Shown here: positions 13,766 through 26,663 of the stretch, piece by piece | Layout of the letters: each line of letters opens with the position of its first letter | Numbering within the stretch: the first letter of the stretch is position 1 | Source: the human T2T-CHM13v2.0 reference genome, Homo sapiens | Length of the DNA stretch: 64,000 nt | Direction: 5' to 3' (one strand) | NCBI RefSeq assembly: GCF_009914755.1 | Contig: NC_060934.1 | Translations under genes and position numbers: made by a program | Notes under the pieces: generated by a model | Seen by the model: only the letters and a program-made list of their open reading frames with translations | What the model was told of the DNA's origin: nothing | Databases searched by the model: none

Positions 13766-14184
13766 TCTATTTTTTTCTTTAATCTAGGAATAAAGTAGAG
13801 TATGGTACAAAGTAGGTAACATTTCAACATTTTAAATTTCTCACGCTGACGCAGCTAAATTAGACCATTTGAATTTTTCATGTCTGGAGACGCCAGAAGC
13901 GCATTTAGGGCCGTCTGTTATGAGAGGTATTCCGCAGCTGAAGAACGCGCACATTCTGTCTCCTGCTCCACAGTTACTTAGCACATACATGCTCACTCGT
14001 AAATAGCAAATGAGACCTTATTTGTTTTACTGGATTAAGTTCTTATACATTAAATGTGATATTCTGATATGCTCATGATGCGGCATGCTATGTGACACTA
14101 TACTAATCTGCAATTCAAGTAGGCAAGAATAAGTCAGATTAAAAAAAAAAAAAAAGGATGAAGGAAATGTCGACCTCAGATGAA

Positions 14185-15020
14185 AGAGAAACCCTTCCTG
14201 AGACCCTGCCATTTGCCACAACACGAAGTGACCTGGAGGACATTATGTTAAGTGAAATACGCCAGGCACAGAGAGAAAAATGTTGCATGATTTTATATGT
14301 GGACTCTTTTTAAAAAGGTCAGGTATGCATTTAATCAAACAATGGTTATCAGAGCCGAGGTGGAGGGAGGCCCAAATGAAGAGATGGAGGTCAAAAGATA
14401 CAAAATAGCAGATACAGAGGATGAACAAGTTTAGAGGTCTAATGTAGACCTCATGTATTAACATGAGGCCTAGAGTTCATAAAACTGTATTGGGGATTTT
14501 TGTTAAATAAATAGGTTTTAGTTACTCGTTACGAAAGCAGACACACACACACACACACGCATACACATGCAAACACACACACAAATTAACTACCATCATC
14601 CTTTGAGATCAGTGGACAACCGGTTGCAGGAATCCCTCAGGACACCAAAATCCGCAACGATCAAGTCCCTGATACAAAATGACGCAGCTTTGCATATAAT
14701 CTGCACACATCCTCCTGGATACTCTATATCATTTCTATAATCCCAAATATAAAGTAAATGCTATGTGAATAGTTATATTGCATTTTTAAAAAATCTGTAT
14801 TATTCTCATTGTTACATTATTATTTGTTTTTCTCCCAAGTATTTTCGATCTGTGGTTGGTGGGATCTGCAAATGCGGAACATGCAGATACAAAGGGCCTA
14901 CTTTGTGCGAGATCATTGATAGATGAATTTGCTTCACTATAGTCACTATTATCTCTGTGAATCCCATAGCATCATGTTGTAAACCTCAAATATACAGAGT
15001 AAAATTAATTTTAGAAAAAG
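14185..15020 (+). mobile_element. L1M 3'UTR fragment interrupted by MER2 and (CA)n
   Basis: ccatttgccacaaca...ctggaggacattatgttaagtgaaata...; resumes after 14900 with catcatgttgtaaacctcaaatatac. Confidence 0.8.
14592..14904 (+). mobile_element. MER2 (TcMar-Tigger) DNA transposon
   Basis: caccaaaatccgc...caagtccctgatacaaaatg...gcacacatcctcc...ggttggtgggatctgc...gatacaaagggcc. Confidence 0.8.
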
Positions 15021-15451
15021 AAATAGGGGAAAAAATGAAGAGAAAGTACACCATAGGTCAAATCTTCACACAGACAGGAGACCCCACAGCATGAACTGAA
15101 ACATCTCACCTGAAAATGTATTCAGTTCACATTTTATTAGAGACGAGTAAAGGGTCCACCAAAGTGACAATAATCTGAAATATTTTTAAAGAAGAAAATT
15201 TTCTGAATACAGTAAGAAAGCGACATGAAGAAAAAAGAAAACTGGTAACACTGAGTAACTTACGTACAGTATCAGGAGAGGACAGGATTCTATACAGACT
15301 CAAGATGAAGGACTATAGCTAATAAACCTGCGCACATTCTCAGGTGTCTGGCACAAAGTTAAGAACCATTTACAGAATTTCCTTACGTGGTTCTTTGATA
15401 GTAGTGACAGTATCTGGTGGGAAAACCACAAAGTATCTAAAAGCATGAAAT

Positions 15452-15748
15452 ACTGATTGACTGATTAAGACAGGGTCTTCCTCTGTCGCCCAGGCTGGAG
15501 TACACTGACACCATCTTGGCTCACTGCAGCCTTGACCTCCTGGGCTCAAGTCATCCTCCCACCTCAGCCTCCCGAGTAGCTGAGACTACAGGCACTCACC
15601 ACCATGCCTGGTTAATTTTTTTATTTTTCATAGAGATGGGGTCCTGCTACGTTGCCTAGGCTGGTCTTGAACTCCTGGGCTAAAGTGATCCTCCTACCTC
15701 AGACTCCCAAAGTGCTGAGATTATAGGCATGAGCCACCGTGCCCAGCT
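15452..15748 (-). mobile_element. AluJ
   Basis: Reverse Alu dimer with eroded tail. Confidence 0.93.
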
Positions 15749-16357
15749 GAAATGTTTTACTCACAGAAGTTGTGACATTTCAACAATATTAGGTCTTCAG
15801 TTCATAATATTTTTTATCTGGTACAATTAGTGGTTTATTATTAGACTGGATAACGGGGTGTTCCTATTACCATTAAGTTCCTTACATATATGCATACCCA
15901 GAGCCAAGGGTAAAAGGTCTGGGCTTGTTATAATTTATCACCCATCTCAAATAATTGGCTATCATCAAGAATTAGATTCATGCAAGGAATCACTTAAAGA
16001 TTCATTTGTCTGTCACATTAAAAACACTAACCTATCTTTTTCTTCTTCCTTAGCAGATTTTTCTTCGAGGAGCACAAGGGTGGGTCTGGTGGAACTCTTC
16101 AGGAGCTAGGGTGTCGGAGGTGGGGGACTAGCCCTGGTCCCACTGTCCTTCCTCCCCTCCTCACTCCCCAAGCTGCCCCTCACCCCCTCTCTTCTCCTTG
16201 GGAGCAATCCCCCATCTCCATGCTTGTGACACACACTGAGCTTACTTCTGAGCACTCAGTTAATAAAGGCCTGTACATTGAAAAATATTTTTAAAAAACA
16301 ACAACAAAAAAACACTGCTCTGCTATGTCATTAATCACCTAGATGAAGCCCACACAA

Positions 16358-16675
16358 CAGGTCCTCCATATTTTCAGGTTCCGCATCCGATGGAAAATGT
16401 AACTAGGCCTACCATGGTTGCAGCTATACTGAACATGTACAGACTTTTTTTCGTGCCATTATTCCCTAAACAACACAGTATGGCAACTATGTACATAGCA
16501 CTTACATTGTATTAAGTACTATAATCTAGAGACAGAATTTAAAGCATGCAGGAGGATGTGCACAGTATAAATGCAAACATCATGCCATTTTGTATCAGGG
16601 ACTTGAGCATCTTCAGGATTTTGGTATGGGGAGTGGTCCTGAAACCAATCCCTCACAGATACTGAGGGATGACTG
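16358..16675 (-). mobile_element. MER2/Tigger3-family DNA transposon
   Basis: Ends gggacttgagcatc...ggattttggtat...accaatccc...gatactgagggatgactg|TA. Confidence 0.8.
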
Positions 16676-17089
16676 TACACAGATTTCAAGGTGCATGACA
16701 GTAAAGGAATGGATGGCTTCAATTTGGAATTGTAAATAATGCATACAGGTATTACTGCAAAGAAAGTGGAAACATATGAGAACAACCAACCATAGCATAA
16801 TCACTGCAAACTGATGGTTGTTGCCACAACACCTTGCGATGTCTTTACCAACTGCTCAAGTTTTTCTTTAGCAACATTTTCATGTCACAAAAGACTGATG
16901 CACAAAAGCAAGGTCCCTGTAAGGACATCACTGAATAAGGCTGGAATGTACTTACTCTTTTCAAACACTTGAGCCCTGCAGGGGGAAAAAAAAATCCTTA
17001 TAACTGCTTGTCCAAAGACATTTTATTATAATTAAGTATTTCTCAAAACTTAAATTACTCTTGACTTTATTCACACTACAGCAGCAGCA

Positions 17090-17360
17090 TCATAACAATA
17101 ATAAATAACAGCAAACAGGGCCAGGCATGGTTCTAAGGGTTTAATGTATATTAACTCATTTAAACCTCAAAAAAACCCTATTTTGGAGTAGAGGTTGGGG
17201 GAACAATCCCAAAATCTAGGTGCTAATACTACCCACGTTGTATAAATAATAAAACTGAGGTACAGAGAGATTAATTCACTTGCCCAAGGTCACACAGCTA
17301 ATAAGTGCTGAGTCCAGCCAGTAGGCTCCTAAATCTGAACTCAGGCACTATGCTACACTC
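17090..17360 (-). mobile_element. MIR (further weaker MIR pieces at ~17660-17820 and ~17930-18130)
   Basis: aaactgaggtacagagagattaa...cttgcccaaggtcacacagctaataagtg. Confidence 0.75.
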
Positions 17361-18920
17361 TGTAAGTTAATACAGCATCGGGACATATTTAAATCATTAG
17401 GGTTCCCCCTACTTGGAAATCATTAACTCCACTAATTTATTTTAAGATTATTTGCCATCTTAATGTGTTTTCCACAAGCTGAAATACTAAATAAAATTTT
17501 GAAAAGTTTTTACATCTCCTCTTGTGGAAGAGAGTAACAAAAACCCAACATATCTCCTCTTTCAAGAGGAGATATGTGCTCTTTTCTTCAAAGAGCACAA
17601 ATACCAAAGAAGGGGAGGAAAAACCCTAAGATTCAATGAGTGCACATGGACTGACATTTGGGTCATCCTTACCTCATTCTGTCCTCTTAATAGCATGGTA
17701 AGAAATAACCGTTTTACAGAAGAGAAAACTGAGCTTGAGATAAGTAATCATGCAAGGCAAATGGGAGGGCTAGAATCTGAAATAGTCTGGCCCCAAGGCT
17801 AGCCCTTTAATTATTATGCAATGCTGCATTGATTGCAAAATCACCATATGTATTTCCTCTAAACAAGAAAAAAATTAACAAAGGGATTCAATACAAACAC
17901 AAGAGCAGTGGGGCATCAATTGGCTGTGGGCACCTGAGCAAACATTTCTACCACCTCCCTGTGCTGGCACTTGCTCCAGGGTAGAAAAAAGGATTTGGTC
18001 CCCCACGTAACCCCCTAAGGGAGACAGAAGAGGTGGTGGTGTCTCGATTTTACAATAAGAAAACTGAATGGTTTTGGTAAAGTCTTAAGAAATGCCTGAG
18101 GTTCAGACGGTGTGTGCCAAACAGAAGCAAAGGTATGCATGAACCACTGCAGCCTATTTGACACAAATGCAATTCAGGATGGCATCTGCGATTCAGAACA
18201 GCCCAGAGCTCGTCCCCTGAATAGTTCAGGCCTGCCCTCCTTTGTCCTTGTCATCCTACCTCCTGGGAACCTGCATTATCTTCCAGCTCTGTAGTTAAAA
18301 GGCCCGAAATGCTCATCCATATACCGGCCCTCTTTTCTTCAGACCTATACATGACAGAGCCCTATGTTTATTCTGACTCTTGCCCCTTCTCCTCCTCCCA
18401 GGATGCTCGATTGCCACCCCAGTACATTTCCTTCCACTGCATATGCATCTTTATACCAGGGAGACTTGTTTTTGCTTTTGTTTTCCAGAAGTTCTTATAA
18501 AGCTTTTTCAAATTTTATTCCTTACTTTTTATCATAAAATCTAAGTCCTCACATGATCATTTGTGTAAAATAGAAATACTTTAACATTTAAAATTCATTT
18601 CTGTATGTATGCCCTACCTGATTCCACAGTGAGGTGGCTCTCCCATTGCGTCATTTGCTATGTTTCCAGGTGTAAGCTCCTCACTACAAGGGAAACCCTG
18701 CTCCCAGCACAAAACTTGACCCATAAAGGTTTGAGTAAACAGCTTTCAGGAGCACACCTCAAACAACACAACTCTAACTTCCCAAAAATAAGCCTTCTTA
18801 AAAATATGTTTCTCATAGTTAATCAATAGGAAGAGCTGCTGGAAATAGAACAATAGCTGAGATTCTAAATTCCTTGTCATTGTCAGTCTGGACTGTGCAA
18901 TAGAAAACCATCTTATAGAC

Positions 18921-19449
18921 TAGCAGTCCCCAACCTTTCAGGCACCAGGGACTGGTTTTGTGGAAGACAATTTTTCCAGGGACTGGGGTGGTGTGGGGAT
19001 GGTTTTGGGATGACTCAAGACCATTACCTTTATTGTGCACTTAATTTCTATTATTACACTGTAATACATAATGAGATAATTATACAACTCAATAATATAT
19101 AGAATCAGTGGGAGCCCTGAGCTTGTTTTCCTGCAACTAGATGGTCCCATCTGGGGGTGATGGGAGACAGTGACAGATCATCAGGTATTAGATTTTCATA
19201 AGGAGTGAGTAACCTAGATTGCTCACGTGTGCAGTTCACAATAGGGTTTGCGCTCCTATGAGAATCTAATGCTGCTGCTGATCTGACAGGAGGCAGAGCT
19301 CAGGCGGTAATGTGAGCAATGGGGAGCGGCTGTAAATACAGATGAAGCTTTGATCCTTTGCCCGCTGCTCACCTCCTGCTGTGTGGCCCAGTTCCTAACA
19401 GGCCATGGACCACTACTGGTCCATCTGTGGAGTAGGGGTTGGGGATCTG
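18921..19449 (+). mobile_element. MER1A (hAT-Charlie), full length
   Basis: TIRs agcagtccccaacc / ggttggggatctg; ~530 bp; 8-bp TSD-like ttatagac / tcttagac. Confidence 0.9.
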
Positions 19450-20934
19450 TCTTAGACAACAGAAAATTGTCTAAAATCCACACTAGATTATTTGAGAACT
19501 AGGGCAGGGTGGGATGTGATTCTAAATAAACATATTACAGAAGCTGCAGCTAGATTCTTCTGTGAAAGGGGTAGGCACTTGGTGTCTCTTTTCCTAGACG
19601 TTGTCTTTTCTGCTCTGTAGCTTAGAATTTGGGGCTTCAATAGAGTACTACCATCAAATGTTTTCTCAGAAATATCCAGGCCCCACTTACGGCCTTCCCT
19701 TAGAGATGGAACAGCCCTTCATACAAGACCACAAGTGAGGTTCTCATTTGACCCAATGGTACAAGGTCTTTACTACCTACATACCAAGGTAACTATGGTA
19801 TAGGAATCTTCTTTCAGTCAACAATGCAGAAAACATGTCCTTTAGGCACTCAATAGTGATCTCAATTTTTCACCAAGCTGGACTGGAAAATGTTCGTCAA
19901 GGAATCATTTATTCAAGGCTGATCTCTGTTTACAGCCAGGCTGGGAGAAAGCCGTACCTCTGGGCTGCCTCACTCTGATACCTGGTGTGTGTCCCATTTT
20001 GCCTTGGCTTTCATGGGACTCAATAACAAATAGTTCTGCATATCCATTAATTTTAGTCCTGTTTTAATCGATTGGGGTCATAAGTTTTCCTTAGAATCAG
20101 GGGGTGAAAATAAACCAGTATCTGTCCTCCCATTAGACAAGGATAGTTAGATCACAGATTTGTCAAGGTTGCTAAGAAATTCAAACCTAAGTTTCAAGTT
20201 CCAATGTCAATTTCCTTAACCAGGACTGTGAAAAATTTTATGGTAAATGTGTTTTTCTCTCCCCATCTTTACAACTTCATTTTTTTTTTAGCTGATTGCA
20301 TTTTGCTTTATTTTACCTATGTATTCTTTGTTAACATTTTTAAGGCTTTTGGAGAGTAATACATACAAGGATTTCACCATCATCACTAAAAAGAGTCCAA
20401 GAGTGATTCTACATGGCATGTTGATTCACTCAGAAGGCAACTTCTCAGGAAATGAGAATCTATTTATGAGTATTCTTTATGTTTCAGTAATAGCTAGACA
20501 AAGCATGTGTCTATAAGAAAGCAAAAAGACAAAAACTAAAGATGATTTCAAGGCCGTATGTTTAAGAAACAAAAGAACAGAGCCGAGAGATCTGAGAGAG
20601 AAATTAGTTTTTAGAAAGTCAGATATCAACAGATCTCCACTAGTTCCCATCTGGGGAGCTTAGTCATCGACACACTACCCACAGATGACCTTAACACACA
20701 CACCCAGCCTGGTGCTGCGTTGGGAGACATAATTCTGGTCCTCGCTCTATCACTGAGCACTGTTTCTTTATTTTACTGTCTCAGCTTTCTCAGCTATAAC
20801 ATGAAGGGATTAGGAAAAAAAAAATTACAACTACCATCTGGTTCTGATGGGTTATGATTTTTTTTAATGGAATCCAAGAAATGAAGAGAGCATGATAAAA
20901 GAGGTGTTAAGTCCAGAGTCACTCTCTCCTTCAT

Positions 20935-21148
20935 TTACACACCTTATCTGAGTATGCGGAGCCCTCGGATTAAAGCAAAGGCGATTCAAAAATACATTAC
21001 TGGCTGGATGCAGAGCCCATGGATACGGCGGACTACCTTTTCATACCCCTGGGTGCCACAGGGCTGACTGCAAGGCCTTGAGCATCTGAGGATTTTGGTG
21101 TCTGCAGGATCCTAGTACCAATCCCCTGGGGATACCAAGGGGTTACTG
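20935..21148 (-). mobile_element. MER2/MER8-family Tigger MITE
   Basis: gagcatctgaggattttggtgtctgcagg...accaatcccctggggataccaaggggttactg|TA. Confidence 0.7.
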
Positions 21149-22612
21149 TACCTGAAAATCTAAGTGATGTGTATAGGCGAGGGGTAAGCAAGACAATCTA
21201 CTGAGTGCAAGAAGAAACTGTCAGAATGTCTACTTACACTTAATTTTACCTTAAAAGCTAAGAAATGCAGCTTTTACCAACACTGACAGCCCTTATTTGG
21301 GTCCACAGGTTAGATGTCACATGCCACTTAAATAACTCAAGATGTGGCAGTGGGTCCCTCTGTCATCTGTTCAATTTATTCATGTAGGGCTACCATCTAT
21401 GTAGTATAAAAAACAAAGCCTTTCAGTAATGAGGTGGGGCGTGACCCCAAAAATGTTTTGTACCATACAGAGGTGTTCCAGTTCTCTTGTGGCAAAATAC
21501 ATAGAAGAATTGTTTTAAGAATGATTAACACATTTTTCCCTTACATAAATACAATTTGCTCCAAATTTCCTGACCTACTCTGTGATCACAAGTGGCTGTC
21601 AGTAATACCTGGCAGATGTTTTTTTCAATGACCTTACTTAATCAGTCCCTTCAAGGTAAAGATGAGGTTTTAAGAAGTGCAAGAAAATAACTGCTTTTTT
21701 GAAAAGAAACTCAGACTGTACAGAAAGTATTTTGAAAAGAGATGTGCTTTTGTATCTTTTGTACAAAGAACTTATAAAATACTTCTCATCTGTTTTAAAA
21801 TTTTCAATAAATGTAAAAAGTTTTTTATTTTCAACCCTCTTTATCCTTAACATAAACTGGAACACATTTTATGAGAACTTACTGCTATCCACAAAAATGG
21901 AAATTTACCAGAAAAATTTTTATCTAACTGGTGGACAGTGTGAAAATGAGAATCACCAGTTAGAAAGCACAGTCAACAATGCACTTCACCCATTTGGATC
22001 CGTGTATCTTTGTAGGTAACTTTTTGAGCTATTAAAACCAAATAGCAAAATGAATATAGGACCAGACCTTCAAATTGCTTTATCATAAAATATTCACCAT
22101 TTTTAAAAACAGTGATACAAACTCATCCACATAACCTTCATTTGAAAAAATAAAATCCACTACACACTAATGATAATTTTTCACGCTATCAATAATTTTT
22201 AACAAAACAAGTTTTAGTTACTAATATTTACCGTCAGTGGATCCTTTTAAAACTTCTATGTATAAGACAAAATAATTCAGTAGTACACACAGGAAAACTT
22301 ATAAATAAAAATTCATATATTGAGAGCACATGCTCCGATTTTTTTCACTGCTAAGATGCAATAAAAACTTGGATACCTGTAGGTAAATTAGTGGTCATCA
22401 CTGCAGTTTATCCTTGTTTTTCCCAAACTCACAAAAAGTGACAACTTTTAGAATCATTTATTATTTGTTTCTCCCAGTACAATCAATATTTCTTTTAATC
22501 AAGGGATTTCCTAGGAGAGCTACACAGAGAGAAAAATCCCCTATATGAAGAGAATATTTTATTTCACAAACCAAAATGTACAAGTCATTTCTGCCTCACT
22601 GAATTCAATATA

Positions 22613-22919
22613 CAGTCTTCCCTTGGTATCTTTGGGGGATTGGTTCCAGGACTCCCCAGGATACCACACTCCCCAGATGCTCAAGTCCCTAATACAAAAC
22701 ATTGTATTTGTATAAAACCTGCACACATCCTCCCATATACTCTATATCATCTCTAGTCCATGTGTAAGTACCTAACACAATGTATGGTCACAGTAAGTAG
22801 CTGTTTTACTGTATTGGTGCTTTTACTTATATTATTTTTCATTTTTTTCCTTTAATATTTTCGACCCGTGGTTGGTTGAATCTGAAGATTCAGAAGCCTT
22901 GGATACAGAGGGCTGACTG
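22613..22919 (+). mobile_element. MER2 with TA target-site duplications
   Basis: TA|cagtcttcccttggtatc ... gatacagagggctgactg|TA. Confidence 0.9.
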
Positions 22920-24429
22920 TATACAGATTTCTTCCCCCCACTCATCTCACCTTAGAGCATGTCTTGGGTTTTTTCCCTAATTGTAAGAAGACTGCATGCG
23001 CAATATTTTTGTAAGAAACCTATAAAAAGGTGTAAGTAGAAAGCAAAAAATCATCTGTAATCCCTCCTCAGAGGGACATAATATTTTAAAACCACACTGG
23101 CTATGTTCCCACTCAAAGTATCAGCCATGTGTCTGGATCAGTACAACCACCTCAGCCAACATGTGTAACAACTATAGAATATTTCAACATATGTCAACAT
23201 TGTATTTTATTTAGCCCAAATATACCATCAACTTGTCTACTTTCATAAAAGAACTGTGTTTTTGTTTTTGTAGGAAACACAGGCTATAAGGGTCTCTCCT
23301 CAGCTGACATGCCCAACTGTTATAAGTGTGTTTTTAGCTGAGCCGATTACTTTAGGACCATCCTACATGCCATCAGAATAGTCTTTTCTTCTTATAAATA
23401 ACCAAATTGAAATGAATCCTTAAATGGTCTCTTGATTTGAAGGTTCAGAAATGGGAATAAATTTGTTTTGAAATAGCCTTTGGCCACTCTGATTAAGTAG
23501 AAAACAACTCATTTCATTCAATGTATTACTCTATATGGAAGCTTTTTTCAATCTTGCAGACATTTTTCTCATAAGAAAAAAAGGGTAGTTTCTTAAAATA
23601 GGGCATAAAAATTTATATCCATAATTTTTAAAGTTCTTATTTTGAAGTTAATGAAAAATTACATATAGTTTATTCATACTGAAAAGTCACCTACTTCCTA
23701 AAGCCTATTCAGAATGGTCTGTTTTTGTGTCAAACATTTAATATTTTAAAATACTAGAACAAGGAATAATTCTCTATTAGGTAATCATCCAAGTTAAATA
23801 TATATTATCATCTTTTACAAAAGACCCTTAATTTTCTACTTAATTCAAGCTTTAAAAAATAAGGATCAATTAAGGTCCCATTTTAAAAGAAATATATTAT
23901 CCCAGGGCTAATTTTAAAGCCTGAATTCATCTAAAATAGTCAGTAATTTAGGCCTCCTGAAAATTGGCAACTGTAGTTAGCACTGTCACAATAAAATACA
24001 TCCACATAAAGTGGAAATAACAGTTTATCTAGATGGCTACAGTTTATAAGCGTGACCTTTCCTTTCTTTCTAAGAGCTCTACTTTTTTCCTTCAATTTTC
24101 TTCAGTGTTCTCTGGAGTTCATTTCCTTCAGCTTAAAAAAAAAAAAAAGGCTACTTTGTATGTTAAGTAAAAATTAAAATTGCATTGCTTTTCCTTTCTG
24201 AGTGTCTTATCTAAATGGAAAGAAGCCTGAGTACTCAGTTAGATGGCAAAGCTCTGAGCTTCCACACCTGCCTTGCCAGGCTTCGGAATGTTTGTGAGGT
24301 CAGCACAAGTGACCGGCATTATTTATACTACATAATTCTTGACAGAGTGGCTAGCGCACAGAATCAAGCTTCAAGCCAAACTACAGGACCACAGTAGAGG
24401 GATGGTAACATCCAACATTTAAAAAGCAA

Positions 24430-24781
24430 GGCTGGGTGTGGTGGCTCATGTCTGAAATCCCAAAACTTTAGGAGGCCGAGGCAGAAAGATCACTTGAGCC
24501 CAGGAGTTCAAGACTATCCTACTAGGCAACACAGCAAGACCCCCATCTCTACAAAAATTTGTTTTTAAAAATTAGCGGGGTATGGTGGCACACAACTATA
24601 GTCCCAGCTATTACAGGAGGCTGAAGCAGGAGAATCACTTGTACCCAAGAATTCGAGGCTGTAGTGAGCTATGATCACACCACTGTACTCCAGCCTGGGT
24701 AACAGGGCAAAACTGCATCTCGGAAAATTTTTTAAAAAATTAAACACACACATACACACACACACACAAACACACACACAC
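24430..24781 (+). mobile_element. AluJ followed by imperfect (CA)n tail
   Basis: Alu dimer 24430-24743; CA repeat 24744-24781. Confidence 0.93.
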
Positions 24782-25329
24782 CCTGTAATTGTGGACTCTA
24801 GCAGATGTCACATTACATTTTCTGAAACGGTTCATGTGAATCGTCCATAGGTCGAGTCTAACGTTAAGCAGTCAGACCGAGGATAATGAAAGGCAAATTC
24901 CTGACTAGTCTACTTACATGGGAAGAATTCTGCCTGCCATTAAATGCTATTGGATTGAGTTTAATATAAATCATGTGGGCTATGGCCAGCAAAAATTAAC
25001 CAACCACAGACAGTGGACAGCGACCTGCTTCTGGGATGCAGGCACTCTCTGCTTAGAGTCCGACGAAGAAAAACTGGGAGAAGTGGGTCAGTTGAAAGCA
25101 GCTCTTTTCAGAGGGCAGACTCGGGCCAGGCAGCCTATGTGGAAGCCATCTTCCAACCTCAGACCTGATACTCCCACACTGCCCATGTGCGTACATCTTT
25201 GGTCAAACTGCTGAAAATCTCTATAAAGAGATTTAAATGGGTTAAAAGCATATGGGAAAAAAGGATATCTTTTTATTCCAATCTTTGCTGTTCAATTTAG
25301 AACCCTGAAAGCAGAAGATGTGGGAAAGC

Positions 25330-25880
25330 AGCTCTTAGCCACACTGCTAGGGTTATAATCTGGTATAACCCTTTTTGAAAGCAACTTGGCAACATGTACC
25401 AAGAGCCTTAAAATATTCATACCCTTTGACCAAGTAAATTCCCCAAAAAGAGAATCTCTTCTAAGGAAATCATCCTAAATAAGAAAGAGTTTCATACAGG
25501 GAGATGCTGACAGCAACATTATTTGTGGTGGCAAAATACTGGGACCAATGTTTGGACTATTAAACTTCATTAAACTATTTAGGTTGGTGCAAAAGGAATA
25601 GCAGTTTTTGCCACTGAAAGTAATGGCAACAACCACAATTACTTTTGCACCAACCTAATTATTAAGCAGTGATCAAAAATTTAAAATAATTGTTAAGAAT
25701 ACATAGTAAGATTAAATACATAGAATAGTCTCAATGAGATTTTTTTAAAAAGACATTGGAAAGAAACATTAAAACATTAACACTGGTTGCTTGATAGAAT
25801 GGTTATGGTAATTTTTTATATTTGTGTGTGTTTTTCAAATTTTTCAGAAAATATGCTATGTATCTGTACTTATCAGAACT
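25330..25880 (+). mobile_element. Old L1ME 3' fragment hosting MADE1
   Basis: tgtgggaaagcagctct...ttgaaagcaacttggcaa...ttcataccctttgacc. Confidence 0.6.
25579..25658. mobile_element. MADE1 (Hsmar1-derived 80-bp MITE)
   Basis: ttaggttggtgcaaaag...cttttgcaccaacctaa; 37-bp TIRs with a 6-bp spacer. Confidence 0.95.
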
Positions 25881-26574
25881 TAAATTTCACTGAAACCATA
25901 TTTCTAGTTCACCTAAATAAGCATAAGAAGAAAGAAGCTTTATCTAACACATAATAAAAATATTCACTATTGGCTATTTCCTGGCTCAAATATTCATTGG
26001 CATGTGTTAAATCTGTGAGTATCCGATGCCAGAACTGCAAGAGAAAGTGAATTAGACAAAAAGATTAGCTTCTCCTAACCTATTTTTTTAATGTCCCTAA
26101 AATTTGCTCCTGTCCTCCTACTTTGGCGCAACGTGCCAAAAAGAAAGTGCCTTATGGATTTATCATAATTTCAGAAACAATATCTGTTTCCCAACAGTTC
26201 TTCTGATGCCAAAGCATTTAACTTTCCATCTGGGTGCAGGCAGAACCTAATTTATGAATGGGTTGTGTTCCAAACATTCATTTGTAAGTTGGCCCTTTGA
26301 TTCTACAGGAAATGTACTCCAAGGCCTAATGTAGTAAAAGCCTGTGGACTTGGTCTAAGAGAGACAGGGGACCCCTGAGAAGAAAACTTCTGTTCCTGTT
26401 CCTGGGCACAGAAGCAAGCTAGGGCCAATGCTGAAAAAGGTAGCTGCTGAGTAGCGCAGGGAGACAACTGAACACACTAGATACCTGGGAATGTGCGAAA
26501 CTTGGGAGGGGCACATGGTCAGGCCAGAAGAGGATTAGTAAGAAAACTCAAAGGGCCGACAAATAAATTAATGT

Positions 26575-26663
26575 TCTGCTTGTTTAGAGCAGTATCTTCA
26601 AACCTTTTAGGCTACGGGCCACTTAGACAACACAGCTTCTACCACATCTATACCTGGTTATCC
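26575..26663 (+). repeat. 89-bp dispersed direct repeat, copy A
   Basis: 87/89 identical to 28351-28439. Confidence 0.95.

Noticed and set aside
18500-18900. Several possible minus-strand donors (e.g. CAG|GTAGGG near 18617) that might end an internal alternative first exon
   Set aside because: Such motifs are common and the sequence alone cannot place an exon; transcript data are needed.
21638-22019. Overlapping 106-aa (+) and 75-aa (-) ORFs in AT-rich DNA
   Set aside because: Non-ATG starts, F/L/K/I/N-biased composition and no recognisable homology; consistent with chance.
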